A DNA stretch of 59,528 bases, counting the filler, from Basidiobolus ranarum (taxonomy: Eukaryota), in the NCBI GenBank assembly GCA_040143965.1. It is 3 parts of 3 records of this genome, joined end to end, with 100 filler letters (N's around TTAATTAATTAA, not from the genome) between each part and the next. Parts side by side here need not be neighbours in the genome. Positions count along the whole stretch, not along the records: positions 19,923 to 39,678 come from JASJQH010007118.1; 2 more parts are not named here. One strand, 5' to 3'. This document shows positions 22,068 to 35,204 of the stretch, in pieces (position 1 is the stretch's first letter; every line of letters starts with the position of its first letter). Position numbers and translations under genes: made by a program. The notes under the pieces are model-generated. The model ran no database searches. It saw only the letters and a list, made by a program, of their open reading frames with translations, and was not told the origin of the DNA.

Positions 22068-24881
22068 CTATAGAAAACGAACTTCATCTACTCCCATACT
22101 TTTTCTAACCTGAATAATGGATACAATCTCTTTGATAGCTTCCTCCAATATTATAACGTTGTCGATAAGTATACAAATGTCTTCAACCTTTACAGGCGGA
22201 GGTGGGATACCTGCAAAGTCAGGCTCTCCATCGGAATCCTGAGCATCGCAAGGATTTACATTCTGCAAAAATGATCCATTGATAGGCACAGCGTCAGCAC
22301 TAGACGGCGCAAATAGGTCATCGTCTTCATCAGAATCTTCATTAATGTTTACCATGACTTGTTTAACTTTAGCTGTGAAGTTTTCTCCAGTTTTCCGCCT
22401 CTCAAATAGCGAAGTTCGGCGCTCATTTAACAGCTGATCGAAATTAGGGACTTTAGACCGATAGTAAACGACATGCTGTGTAAGTATTTTGAACATGAGA
22501 AATATTGTTGGGTTTTTTGAAGGAGTGGTAGAATAGCTAGTTGCAGCTGTGGTGACACTTGCATTGCTGTAGGATTTCACAGATCTACTATCAGTCTCAC
22601 AGCCATCCTCACTGCGATCGTCATCCAAATTATCATGATCAATTAATGAGGTTTCCCGCAAAAACTCTTCAACCACAGGAATCTGGTTTCGAGTTTCGGT
22701 TATCTCTGAAAGAGCCAACCAACCTTCAAGCGATCGATAAGGGCACGATGCTAGCGCAGATATGACCCCGGTCAAAGCTAGATTTAATTCGCAAGTGTGT
22801 GCAAAGAATCTCGAAAGCAAACTCAATATCATTTGGATCAAAGCATCAGTGGCCTTAAGAGAATGCTTACAAGGTATATCTTTGTCGTCCTTCTTGACAT
22901 CATCTGACAGAGTGCTGGACATCTTGTTATCACTTGTATCTTCTTCTTGGAAGTCGAGATATTTTACGTTCAATAGATTTGGATGCTTCCTATATTTCCT
23001 ACCAATCCCCTTCTTGGTCGAATGGTGACTTTTGTGTAGACGCTCGTGCTCTTCAATCGTAAGCTCCACATCAAATAGGTAGTTGTCATAGCCTTTAGCC
23101 ATCGTCGCCTGATCATGATCCACGTCAATGACAGATAAAAGAGAAAGATAAAGATCCAATATGCGTAGATGGGTGTCAATTGATGAGAAGTGATGATGTG
23201 ATTGATCGTGGGGGTTAATTTTGCCTGAAGACTCTTCGTCCGTCTCAACTTCAAGTAGGTCAAGGGATTGGCGACAATGATGGTTGAGCATTGTATGAAG
23301 AAGCTTTAGTGAAGCAACCACAACATGTTGAGAGTTCGATTTGCAATTAGCAAAGATAAGATCTTTCATGTTGTAGGGAAGAATGGACGAGGCCTCAAAC
23401 CCAACAGAAACGTCGACTGAACAAACGCTAGATTGTAAGCTCTCGGTATCGAATTCTTTAGTGGCAGTAAGTGAGGATATCTGCGGAGGGAACTTCGATG
23501 GCTTATCAGGTTTCTCAGCTTTATCCTCTTCCTGCTCGTTTGTACCAGTGTTCATCAAATATGTAACCAACATATTATTGAGGTCTTCCTGAGTGATGGA
23601 TCGAATTAAGATGTCGATATAGGTGATTACGGCCACTGCTGATCCGTCAGTATCCGAGCATTCGAGTAAAGATGGGTACAGAATGTTCTCAAGAAATAAC
23701 GTTTTGATGTTCGCGAGTAAAGTGTTACAAATCCCTGAGCTTGGACAACGGTCCAGAATTTCTTGAGTGAAATTCAGATACTTCAAAAACAACTCCAGTT
23801 GAAATTTAAACTCGGGTGAAGAAGTGCGTTCTGTGTCCTGTGAATCCTCCTCAGACATCGCCATATCATTTTGGCCTAGGGCATTATCTCTTGAATTCCC
23901 ATCTATGGTGGACGTTACCATAAGTTTGCGAGGTAGTTGCGAGTAAAAAGCACCTAAACCAGCAGCAACAATGGTACAAAAATCACTGTTCTTAAGGATG
24001 AAATCCCTTAGTGCTCCAGTAGCCAATTCAATAATATAAAGCAGTGCATGACGTGAATAGTCCCCTGCCTTCCCCTCTTTATGAATAAACATTAGTAAAT
24101 AGGAGAAGAGGACAAATTCATATTCAGCTTTGGGCTCGGATAGCTTAGATGGGGAATTGGGTCGACTGTTTTCCATTTTAGCAAGATTATAAAGCTTATT
24201 GGTAGTTTTCTGAGAAACTGGAGTGGTTTTTTGAGGGGTTTTTAACCATTCTTTATCGTGGAAGAAAATATGAAGCAAGTCCGGATATCCATGAATTTTG
24301 TAACAAAGGTTTTGCATGAGCTCCACTATCTCTTCAGAATAAAGTTCGTATTGAGTTCTATCATTCATGCAGCTGTGCAAAAGTTTGAGAGTCGGCGCAT
24401 GAACAGCATTGTGAATTAGAAATTTGTCATCTAGTAAATTTATCATGTTGGACACAGCCCTAATTGTTTCACCTCGTATTCCAGGTGGCATGTCAGCCTC
24501 AGAAAGTTGCACTAGAGAGTCTATTATATTGTTTTTGAGAGCATACTCCATGCATACACCGGTAGTTCCTTCATCAGCTCGAATCTCTTCTTGTACGAGA
24601 GTATCTATCATCGACTTTACCAGCTCGGTTAAACTGTTATCTTTAATTATCGCTTCTTTTTTTTTATTTTCTAGAAGCTGAGCCTATTGTTTTTTAAAGC
24701 AAAAAGGAAACCCATTTATAAAACAAGAATTAGTTACCTAGTATACAATAAACTTGACTATAGAAAGAAAGCTCACTTGACAGGAAGTCCAACATTTTTG
24801 AAACTTTGCTAGCTGAACCGCACTAGTGGGTTGTGGCTTGACGCCAATTACTTTTTGTTTGAGCCTTGCGAAATAATCCAT
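22068..24881 (-). CDS. FHIP: FTS- and Hook-interacting protein (FAM160/RAI16-like), about 906 aa
   Basis: Exon 24881-24777 (MDYFARLK..), intron 24684-24776, long exon 24683-22068. Family motifs GVCMEY, GLGAFYSQLP, FLENILYPSLL, NLALTGVISALAS, NVIILEEAIKEI. Confidence 0.88.
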
Positions 24882-25353
24882 GAGCGCAACAGGACTAAGT
24901 GGTAAAGGTTTCTCAAGGAGCGCTAGTTAATTGTTCGAATATCGACAATTGGATGGTCTTTGTGCAAGTATAATTGATTTTCCATTTGGTGGCAAATATT
25001 ATTATTTGAGGATGATTTGTGTAAAATGAAGTGGAAAAGTATAATTTATTATGCGCACTCTCACAATGGTAGTAATCCAGATTTGGAGTATAAAAATGAA
25101 TCCAAGTGCATGGCTTACTTTGGAGGGAATTGTTCTTAAATACAACTTAAACGAAACATGATTGCATGCTGGTTGTAAAAAAGCAACTTTCGATGATTTG
25201 TTTATTATTCTAGAAGTCACGAGACACGGAGCTCTACGCAGTTGGTTATGTATATATCAATGGATGGCCATATAGATTGACTTGAATGAAAGCATTTTGA
25301 GTGTCAATTAATTTTATGATGGTTGGCAACCTTCTAATCATATTCAGAAACAT

Positions 25354-26937
25354 CTATATTACAGACAAATCGTTTAACGCTACACACACTGCCGCTTTGT
25401 TGTGGCCGCTGTACTGTCGGATGGTTTCTCCTTTAGATAGCTCCCATAGGCGAGAAACATGGTCTGATGAGGCTACAGGTAGAATGAGTTTGGTCTCTTA
25501 ATAATAATGTCAACAGTATAGATGAATGCTTAAATCTAAAATCAAACCTGTCACTAGATAGGCAGAGTCAGCGGAGAACGCACAATCCCAAACCCATCGT
25601 TGGTGCCCTTGTAAAGTTTTTACTGGCTCGAACTTATGATCTGCTGTGCTCCAGATCTTGACTGTAGTATCGGCAGAGCATGTTGCTAACAATCTGTACA
25701 AATGAATGCTAAGAATAACCAACAATGTTGATGACCAGTACATGTTGAACTAACTTGGTGTCAGGGCTGAGCAAGGTTCGAAGCAGGTAAGTCGAGTGTG
25801 CTGAGAAAGTAGCAGTGGGGCGTAGGTCTGAAAAGTCGGGGCTAGATGTTCTCCACACATAGCAATTTCCCTATGTAAAGCGGCGACATCTTAGTAAGAC
25901 AAACCACGAAGGATGTTATTATGTATCCTATGCTTACTTTATTATTTCCAGCAACCAGCATTGATCCATCACTAGCAACTGTGACCGAACGGACGGGGAC
26001 ATCTTCTTCAGGTACCTGTATGTAAATAACTACTTGAATAGGTCAATTCGAAATCTAATAAACCGATTAGCCTTACGAGTTCATAGGAGCAGCAATTCTC
26101 TCCCAAGTCCCATATTTTAATACTTCCATTCTGATCACACGAAACAATTTCTCCCTGGTTGGGATGAATAGCAACGTCATTTACAGGTCCTTTGTGATCA
26201 TAGTTACGCTGAATAGCGGGAGCTCTACAACAGCCAAACTTCAATTGAAATGCAATAGTTGAGCTTATAAGGCTGATCAGCTAGTTACCTAACATCCCAG
26301 ATTTTGACAGTTCCATCTTCACTTCCAGTTGCCATCCATTTCCCCTCAATATGGAAAGCCACTGAAGTGATATTTGCGGTATGTCCATCGAAAGAAACCA
26401 CCTGAAAGATAGTTTGGTGTTATTTGCTTTAATATTGAAGCAGTAGTTGAAAATAAAAACTTACAGGGTTAGGATTCGTACTATTGATATCGTAAAGACG
26501 AACGTGTTGATTTCCTAGGATTGGTGAAAGTGCCTTATTAGCGGTTTGAACTTCATCAAGCTACGAGTACGATGAAACTAACCAGCTGCCGCAAGGAATC
26601 TTTTATCAGGAGAGATACATAATCTATTTACTTGCTTAAACCGAAAAAGACAATAGATGAGCTTTCATAGAGATAGATCCAAGTGATTATTAGCAACTAC
26701 TAACAGAATCTGGATGTTGAATGGTTCTTGAGCAAATGCCACTCAAAGCCTCCCAAAAACGAATGGTGTGATCATAGCCAGCTGTAACTAAAATCACAGA
26801 ATGAGCCTCTTGCGTAGGTGGCTGTTGTTGCTGTTGTTGTGGATAGTGATGATTGGTATTTTTTCTAACAATGAAAGTAAGTAGAGCTGTCAAATTGTAC
26901 GTAAAACGTGTGGCTTTTACCTAGAGTACACAGGCAT
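25354..26937 (-). CDS. LST8: TOR complex subunit LST8 (WD40), multi-exon
   Basis: [64 protein letters not shown], ends [14 protein letters not shown]. Confidence 0.95.
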
Positions 26938-27344
26938 TGTTAACCGTAAGAAGTTGAGACCTGAATGAAAATAAGAAGTCTAGTCGAACTCTCAGAACAG
27001 CACACTTTGAAACTAGGTGTAGTATCTTTGTCATCCTTCTCAAATTAATCGATAAATGAATCTTAAAATTGTTGCCTAATGAGTTAAACTTATCTAAGTA
27101 TTTGTCTAGAAGTATATGGATTTAGTCAAGATCAGCCATGATTAAATCATTATTATATTCATTGAATCTATATCATCACCCATCCCATATTATACCAAAA
27201 GTCCTTGAAGATTTTATTAAACCACCAGTATAGTACATATTACATACGGTAGAGTTTACAAATACATGTTGCTATATTCAAGAGAATGCTACTCTATATT
27301 GTATACTGCTCATGAAATATGTAAATGAAATGAGAGGTGCTGTC

Positions 27345-29445
27345 CTAAATACCGAATCCGCTAAAGTTGCTGGCGTATTGCATAGGGCGTACGTTAGGAT
27401 GAGGCTATATAATGTGTTAGTTTTGTTGAGAGTCCAAACATATATTCAGATACGTACCACAGCCTCGAAAGTTTTGTAAGTAAGCTTGACATCTGGTGTG
27501 ACATTGATGTAAGCACCCTTGTTACCAACCGAGTCACTATTGATAAATCATAAAATTAGTGGCATACAACAGAGATAACCATGTGAAAGAACTATACCAA
27601 TAATTAGGTGCTGAGAATACAGTAACGCATTTTCCATTGTGTTCAATAACATAACCATTGTCTTTAACTTCGTGACTACGGATGACAAGGTCTAAAGACG
27701 AATGTATTAAGTTCAAACTGCATTATTATGTCTAAATCAAATTTCTGAGTACTTACCTAGATCGTTAGTCGCTAGGAAATTCTCAGTAACATCAGGGCCG
27801 AATTGAAGGCCTACACCACGCTTACTAGGGCCACGTCCCATTTGAGGCTGAGGGTCTGACCAGAGCATTTCGCACATCAAACCTTCATGGCCGGGCTGAG
27901 AGAATCGATCGATCTTACGGATCTCGTCGAGGGTAACGTTGTCTCTGCTGAAAAGTCCACCATGGACCACAAATATCTTCTTTTGAATGACATGAGCCAA
28001 AGGAAGAACATTGAAGGTCTCTGTGAATAGTTTAAACATGGTTTCTGAGAATTTACTCTTGACTTCTCCCTCAAAGCCATATACTTTGTTCATATCTATT
28101 GTTTCGTGATTTCCTCTGGTCATGAACAAGGCGCCAGGATACAACCAACGATAGGCAAGTAATGTGAAAATAACTTCTAGTGAGAAGCTGCCACGGTCAA
28201 CGAAATCCCCATTGAATAAGTAAATGTTGGTAGGTGAGGGTTTGCCGTTAAGGTTGAAAATGTTGAGCAAGTCGTAAAATTGACCTACAAATAATTGACT
28301 ATGAGAACCAATAGGTCAAAGATTTTAAGAAAGTTAAACAAAAAATACCGTGAACATCACCACAGACAGTTAAAGTGGCATCTTGAGGAATAGAGATATC
28401 AACCAAACTAGGTAATTCTTTGAATATGTTCTTGGCTGCCATTATAATCTAGGTATAGAGAAAATTGGTTGAGTGAATGAATCTCCTATCGAATCCTAGT
28501 TTGATACTAGATTAATACCTGGTAAGAGTATTTCTTATGAATCTTCTTTTGATTTTTAAAACGCTCAATCATGTCCTCAACGAATTCTAAATCAATTTGA
28601 TTATCCTTGATGTGAGCGCCATCATAAGAAGGTTCAACAACTGATAGAGTGACTCGAGTTAGACAGTGATGGTTGTAATGAATGATATTAATTTAATAAG
28701 AGAACCTATCGAGTCGACATCGAGTGAGTCAGAAACACTACGGGATAACTCATCTACCTCAATTGCTTTCTCAAACTCCATTCTACGAACTACTTTTTCA
28801 CATTCGGCAAGTTTTTTAATAGCATCTGCATCACGTGGGGCTTTTTTCACAACCTAACATGGTGTATAGAAAGTTATTGAGTTTTGAAAAAAGTACCAAT
28901 TAGACTGATATTGTTCACTGTAAAAATAAATACTTACTATTCTAAAATCTCTTAAACTCTCCTTGAACTTGCAAAGGGCCATATTAGCGATGCCTCTTCT
29001 ATAGTAACCCTACGTTGAAAATCGGTTTAATGGGAATCCTTTACTCATGAAAGACCGGAATACATACTTTTACATAATTTGGATCCGTTTCGATAGCTTT
29101 CTCAGCATCTCTGAAGAAAAAAAACATTAACAAACATTTGACTTAAAATGGGAGTGGTCATTAAATACCTAATGGCGTAGCCATAAGCCTCAGTTTTGGT
29201 ATGGGCAAGGGCACGGTTAGCATAATAAGAAGCAACAAGGGGATTGGCTTCGATAGCTTCGTTGTATTTTTCTATTGCCTCTTTATACTTCTTGGCTAAT
29301 TAAACTGTTAAAAAGGGGCAACTTTAAGTGATGGAGAAGAGTGAAATTTACCAGCAAAAAGTTTATTAGCTTCTCCCTTGAGTTCCTCTGCTCTCTCCCT
29401 ATCTATGTCTGACACGATTGTTTGGGTATTCTGTTCGTTGGACAT
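27345..29445 (-). CDS. PPT1: Ser/Thr protein phosphatase 5 (TPR + PPP domains), multi-exon
   Basis: N-terminal TPR ([28 protein letters not shown]); GDVHGQ, GDFVDRG, RGNHE motifs; C-terminal [11 protein letters not shown]. Confidence 0.95.
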
Positions 29446-29860
29446 ATTTTCTTTGCCGTAACGTTGGTGAAAGAAGAAATTCTTTTGGACTTTAACAATA
29501 TAAAATAATCACCAAGGATTAGAAAATATCAGGAAAAAAAAGAAATACTACAGATTAATATCTTTACTCCTATTGCTCAGTATAATCAATACTGTACACC
29601 CTGAAGTTACTAAATTGATAATAAACTAATCCAAATTTAATTCCAAACTGAGCAACACCATCACATGCTTCAATTAGCATATATTGAAAGCGACTAGCAT
29701 TTACTGAGAGTGGACTATAATCCAAATTGCATATATACCTAGAAGTGGACAAACAGTAGAAGATACTCAACTTCACCTGGTTCACAATACATAATGGCCA
29801 GAATTTATTTCCAATGAATTTTATACATAGTTATATAATATAAGGATCATTCCACATCCT

Positions 29861-30927
29861 TCACTCATCTATGTCATACAATCCAGTGCTTACTCTAGGC
29901 TGACCTCCATATCCCTCCATGTCACTATCGTATTCTTCCTCAAGATCATCTGTATCCTCGTCAATATAGTTCTCATCACCATCATCTTCCATTATATAAT
30001 CTGAGGATGATGCGCCAGTATCTCGTTCAAATACATTGCTAGCATTGGCCTCCACTCTATCCATAATACTCTCGTCATCTATACATTCTAACAGTTCCTC
30101 TAGGGTCATATCCAAGTCAGCCAAAGAAGGCTCCAATAATCTAAATATTTTCATTGCGTCTTCTTCGGATAACTCCACTTCTTCATTTGCCTCTTCCTCT
30201 TTCATCTCTTTCTGGATCTTTTTTGTTGACATTGGCTCTTTTCCCTTCTTGGAAACCGTAACATCCCAGCCCCACAGTGGTACAAACGATTCAAAGAATC
30301 CGACATCTTCAAATAAGTTAGGGAATATCCAGATACCAGGCTTACAAACGACATAGGTGGTGATATAGAATATCAGTCGAATGACAGAAATCCCCATTAG
30401 TAGTCCCAATAGACTAATAGCGAAGATCGAAACATACCAAGCCCCGTCTCGCATGAAAGCCGGCCACAGCGGAAACATCACAAAAAACAATACTAGGGCA
30501 ACTAAACCAACTGCTCCTAGTACGGTTCTAAGCTGTGAACCCTCATAAAGCCACACATAATAATCACCTTCCTTAAAGTTTCGTAAAGGTATCATCATCA
30601 GATGGTTCCCATCTTTTTGACATTTTGCGATCAAACCATAATCTAAGAGGGATTGAAGAACATTCTCCGCTTCCTCTCTTGATGCTACCTTGGGGCGAGT
30701 TTTATGAACATAGCTGGCTCCTAATATAGATCCGCAAGCGTCGGAACCTAATTAAACGACATGTTAGTGAGTGCTCATCGATGAAAGAAAAAATACTAGG
30801 TACCCTTGAAGTATTTAACTCTTCTTTCGTTCATGATCCCCTCTTTAGCTTCCAATCCAGATTGTCTACTATTCATCAGATAGTCGGCTACCTTTAGGCA
30901 CTCCTTTGGGACATCTTGAGAAGTCAT
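29861..30927 (-). CDS. SEC62: Translocation protein Sec62 with an acidic C-terminal extension
   Basis: RRVKYFKG, YYVWLYEG, two TM segments with FPLWP, PGIWIFPNLFEDVGFFESFVPLWGW; one intron near 30748-30804. Confidence 0.9.
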
Positions 30928-31518
30928 CTTGATTAGTTATGAGATACCTACTTTGTTAAGGGTGAACGTAAACTCAAGAAATGCTATATCTATATATAGC
31001 AGATACGATACTCGTAGAGAGAGAAGTCGGAAAATTCTGAAGTTCCTCAACTGAGGATATTGAGTTAAATACCATCTCCAGTTACCGGAACAATTTCTTT
31101 TCATACGTTTTAGCATCAAGACAAAATTTACGGTTTCGTTTGTGTGACAGAAGAAACGTTCTCATCATTATCCAAACATCTCCTTAGCAACCTAAGGGGT
31201 AAGGTTGCATTGAAAGTAAACACGGGATTCCAAAATTATATATGAACAGATACAAAATCCACTCATTAGTGTTTCTGATTTAAGTTTTATGCCAACAACT
31301 TTATACGACTTTCTACGTGAATTCGTGACACATATTTACGCTTATGGGAACTATGCTTTTCTACCGTTTATCTTGCGAATATTTATGTATGTAAAGAATT
31401 CTTCCATGTGAATGAATTTATTGACTTATTAAATCATTTCTGTTTAAGCTTAAGAATAAAAAGAACACTACGAGTAAGCATAAAGAAGGTATTTAAAAAC
31501 TTTTTGACCATTTCTCTA

Positions 31519-32211
31519 TTAAAAATGATTCAAAGTCATTTGCTTGGCGATATCAGTAATTTCCACAAATTTACGGAACTCTTCAAAGCTAATCCGACCA
31601 TCGCCATCTTGATCAGCTTCCATAATGGTTTTATCAACGATTTGCTGTAACTGAGTATCTTTAAGATTGTTACCGACCATCATCTTAAGTACCAAATAAA
31701 GTTCTCCATTAGATATGTATCCGTCACGATCCATGTCATAAACTTTGAAGGCATCTGGGGGAATAAGTGAATATGGAAGAGATGTGTTAGTTGCGTACAG
31801 GAATAATAAAAAGATTCGAGTTTTTGGCGGAAATACACTTACATAAAAGCTTCTCGGATTTGTTTCCTTTAGCACTGAAAATACTTAAACCCCTAATAAA
31901 CTCTTCAAAATCAACATCACCACCACCATCTTCGTCGAGAATAGCAATCATACGATGTGCTAGGGGATTTGTGGCAATTTGTGGAATGGCCAAGAACTCA
32001 TCTTTATCGATGGAACCATTTCCATCTTTATCCAACTTTTGAAAGCGTTTATACAGTCGTTGGATTTCTTCAGCAGTGACTAAACAGAAAGGAACACAAA
32101 AGAGTGCAACACATTCAGTAGATAACTTGTTTAAGACGAAACCAATTGTAGCCACTTACAGTTTGAAGAATTGACCATGCTGTCGAGCTGAGCTGATTGA
32201 TTATTACCCAT
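31519..32211 (-). CDS. CNB1: Calcineurin regulatory subunit B
   Basis: MGNNQS myristoylation-type start; four EF hands ([36 protein letters not shown]); two introns. Confidence 0.97.
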
Positions 32212-32563
32212 AGTTAGTAGATTGAAAACGGTAAATCTTCTAGATAAGTTAACAAGTTCTAGGGCTTGTTTTACTCTCAAACCTCAAGAACCAAATACTC
32301 CAGTAAATTAGGGTTGATGTTTCTAAAAAGTGACCAAAAATTAGTGGATGTCATCCGCGACTTCAATCGAGGCTTAAACTGTTAAACTAAGCATTGTTTG
32401 TGATATGTAATCGAATATTAAGTAACATTGATTAGACTTGGAATATTGATAGATCGCTCGGAGATGAACTTTTTATAAAAGGCATTTGACTTATGTAGGC
32501 AATGATAATGATATTAACCTTGATGAAAAATTCGACAGCTTTACAGTGCATTCTTTAGAAAAA

Positions 32564-33523
32564 ATGTCAACAAACCTGTGGAATGATTCGAAAGCAAGAA
32601 ATCAAGTACTAGGAAATGCAGCATTAACAGGTAATTGAGGATATTCGTATCTATCTTTTGAAGTACAATCATTTGCCGAACTGATTGTTTAATGGTCTCA
32701 ATAACTCCATGGCGGGCGCAATTAAGCACTACTTAAACTAGTTGGTAACCTTTTCTTTTCTACTTTTAATATATAAAATAGCTGTTGGTGGTACATTTTT
32801 GGGTGCAACAACTGCTCTCATCACTAGAAAGCCAGTCAAGCTTTGGGCTTTCAACACTGGTGCCAATTTTGGTATATTTGGATTGACGTTTTTTGGTAAG
32901 TTATTTCATTTCTATATTTTCTCCGACTTGGGCTCTAAACTAACGTCTATGATATAGCTCTTCGTCATTCTTTAATAACGATTCAAAGAGAAAAAAACAT
33001 TCCATTGGATCTTAAAGACGGTGTTACTCGTGATATAGATGAATTGTACAGTAGTATTCTCGCTGGTGCTGCAGCTGGAGGAGTCTTTGCTGCCATGACT
33101 CGTGAGTTTTTACTTAATCATGGGCATTTCTCTTCTTTAACCAAACTAATATCTCTTTGTGGTTTAGGCGGGCCAAGTGCTATGCTCTCCGGTGGTACTA
33201 CATTCGGTTTAATTTGTGGTGCTGGGCAGTTTGCTTACACTAAAATTTATCGTTATCGTCAACAGCTTATTCTCGAAGCACGTAGCACGTCAACCGTAAA
33301 AAAACCCGTTGAGATCGTAGAAAACAAGCCGTTGATGGAACGAGCAATGGATTATTTCACCGAGGTTGAATGGTCCCCACTAAAGAAACTCTCCAATGAG
33401 GAGTATCGTGAGATATTGAGAGAAAAGCTTATTATTGTCGATGCAGAGCTTGCTGACTTGGATCGAATGATTGCCGATTCTGAAGCTAAATCCCGAGAAA
33501 TCTTAGGGAAAGATGTTGCTTAA
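32564..33523 (+). CDS. Conserved fungal Gly-rich membrane protein, Tim17/Tim22-like, 4 exons
   Basis: ATG 32564; introns 32631-32781, 32896-32957 and about 33102-33168 keep frame. GxxxG-rich helices, then SPLKKLSNEEY..EKL..VDAELA coiled tail. Confidence 0.7.
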
Positions 33524-33841
33524 ATCCACTATTCGCTATTCGCTATTCACCATTTCCATTTACCCTTTACCCTTCATTTCTTTTAAGCAATCAATCGTAC
33601 AGCACAACACAGCACATCATATCACATTGCACTTCATTTCTCTGGAATCAATAAAATTTCCTCCATATCCTTATTTTTCAGTAGCCAATGTTGCAAAGAA
33701 ACACATAGGTGTAAATGTTTCCAATGATACCATATATGTTCAATGAATCTGCAAAATTCTACTTTTTTGGATAGATCCAATGATGAGCAAAATTTTCTTT
33801 CTCAACATAGAATTACTCGTTTACACTTCGGGTAGACTCTC

Positions 33842-35158
33842 ATGTTTCATTTAACCAGTAGACTAGCGTCCAAAGCAAATTGGCGGGCTACTCCTCAGGC
33901 CCTGCCATTAGTTCGAACCCTGACAGGCTCTTCGGTAAACCTTGGTAAGAGAAGCCTCCCAAGAGAGATAAAAACCAAAGGTGTAACCGTACCGAAAGAT
34001 GCTTACCTTATGTCAGAGAAAGTTCAGAAACTTGCCAGTAATAACAAATTAAACGATGCCATCGCTTTAGTAATGAGTTCCCCCTTAAGAGCACAATCTA
34101 CTGTTGTATGGAATCACCTTATTGACGAATGTGGAAAAAAGCAAATGGTTGGAAAGGCATTCAAGCTTCTTCAAGAGGTACATTGATATAACTTTCTTCC
34201 TAAATGCAACCAATTATTAACTCAGTTATATTCTATTTTGTAGATGAAAAGTCGTGGCCACGTACCCAACGACAAAACTTTCACACTCTTAATTAATGCC
34301 TGTGCTAATTCCATCTCAGTTTCCCCTACAGCACTTCAGAAGGCCCTGGAATTGTATAATAAGATGGCGCTTTCTGATACACCACCCTCTCTTGTTCATA
34401 CCAACACATTAATCAAAGCTTGCTCTAGAGCTGGTGACATGAAGACTCTTGCCGACTCATACAATAGCTTGGATACACAAGGACCGGGTGCTCCTGATGT
34501 GGTAACATACAATCTAGTAATTGGTGCATTCGCACGTAAAGGAGGTGATGAGGGCTTCAATCTCGCCTATCAAGTGTGGGAAGACTTTCGCAAAGATCTG
34601 AATCAATACGAAAAATCCCATGTCAAGCATAAGAGTGACTATGATCCTTACGCTGATCCTTATCAAAGCCGGCAGAGACGTTCTCTTCCCGAACGTAACA
34701 TGCGACTTGATGTTGAGATTGTGAATTCCATTTTAATCGCCTGCAAAAATGCCGAGTCTAAAGAGAACATTGAAAAGGCGTATGTCATCTTGAGAGATGT
34801 ATTTGGGTTAACTGGCTTACGTGAGAAGCTTTCTGGTTATGGATTGGGTAGTGAGACTAATGAGTTATACAAGATAGAAGCTGCAGCTCCATCTGCTTAC
34901 CACCTCCGACTCAAGCCCAGCACCGTTGATCTTATTATTGGAATATGCTTAAAGGCAAAGTCATATCATCGTGGTGTGAACTATTTCTCCGAAATTGTGA
35001 AGAAGTACCCATCCATTCAGCTGGACATCCAAAACTTCACAACTGTATCATTTCTCTTCCTACGCCATGTTGCCCAGATACACGGCCACCGGGGGTCTCT
35101 ATACGACACACAGAGCCTTAAAGTCCGACAGAACATAGACAATACAGAAAAGAACTAA
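33842..35158 (+). CDS. Mitochondrial pentatricopeptide-repeat protein
   Basis: Basic presequence; PPR units VVWNHLIDECGK, KTFTLLINACA, VHTNTLIKACSR, VTYNLVIGAFAR; intron 34178-34243. Confidence 0.88.
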
Positions 35159-35204
35159 TGTATTATTTCACAATAAATTTGTATTTATTAACGAATATGC
35201 TTAA

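Noticed and set aside
32631-32781. Longer-than-usual intron as a snoRNA host
   Set aside because: No convincing C/D or H/ACA boxes seen.
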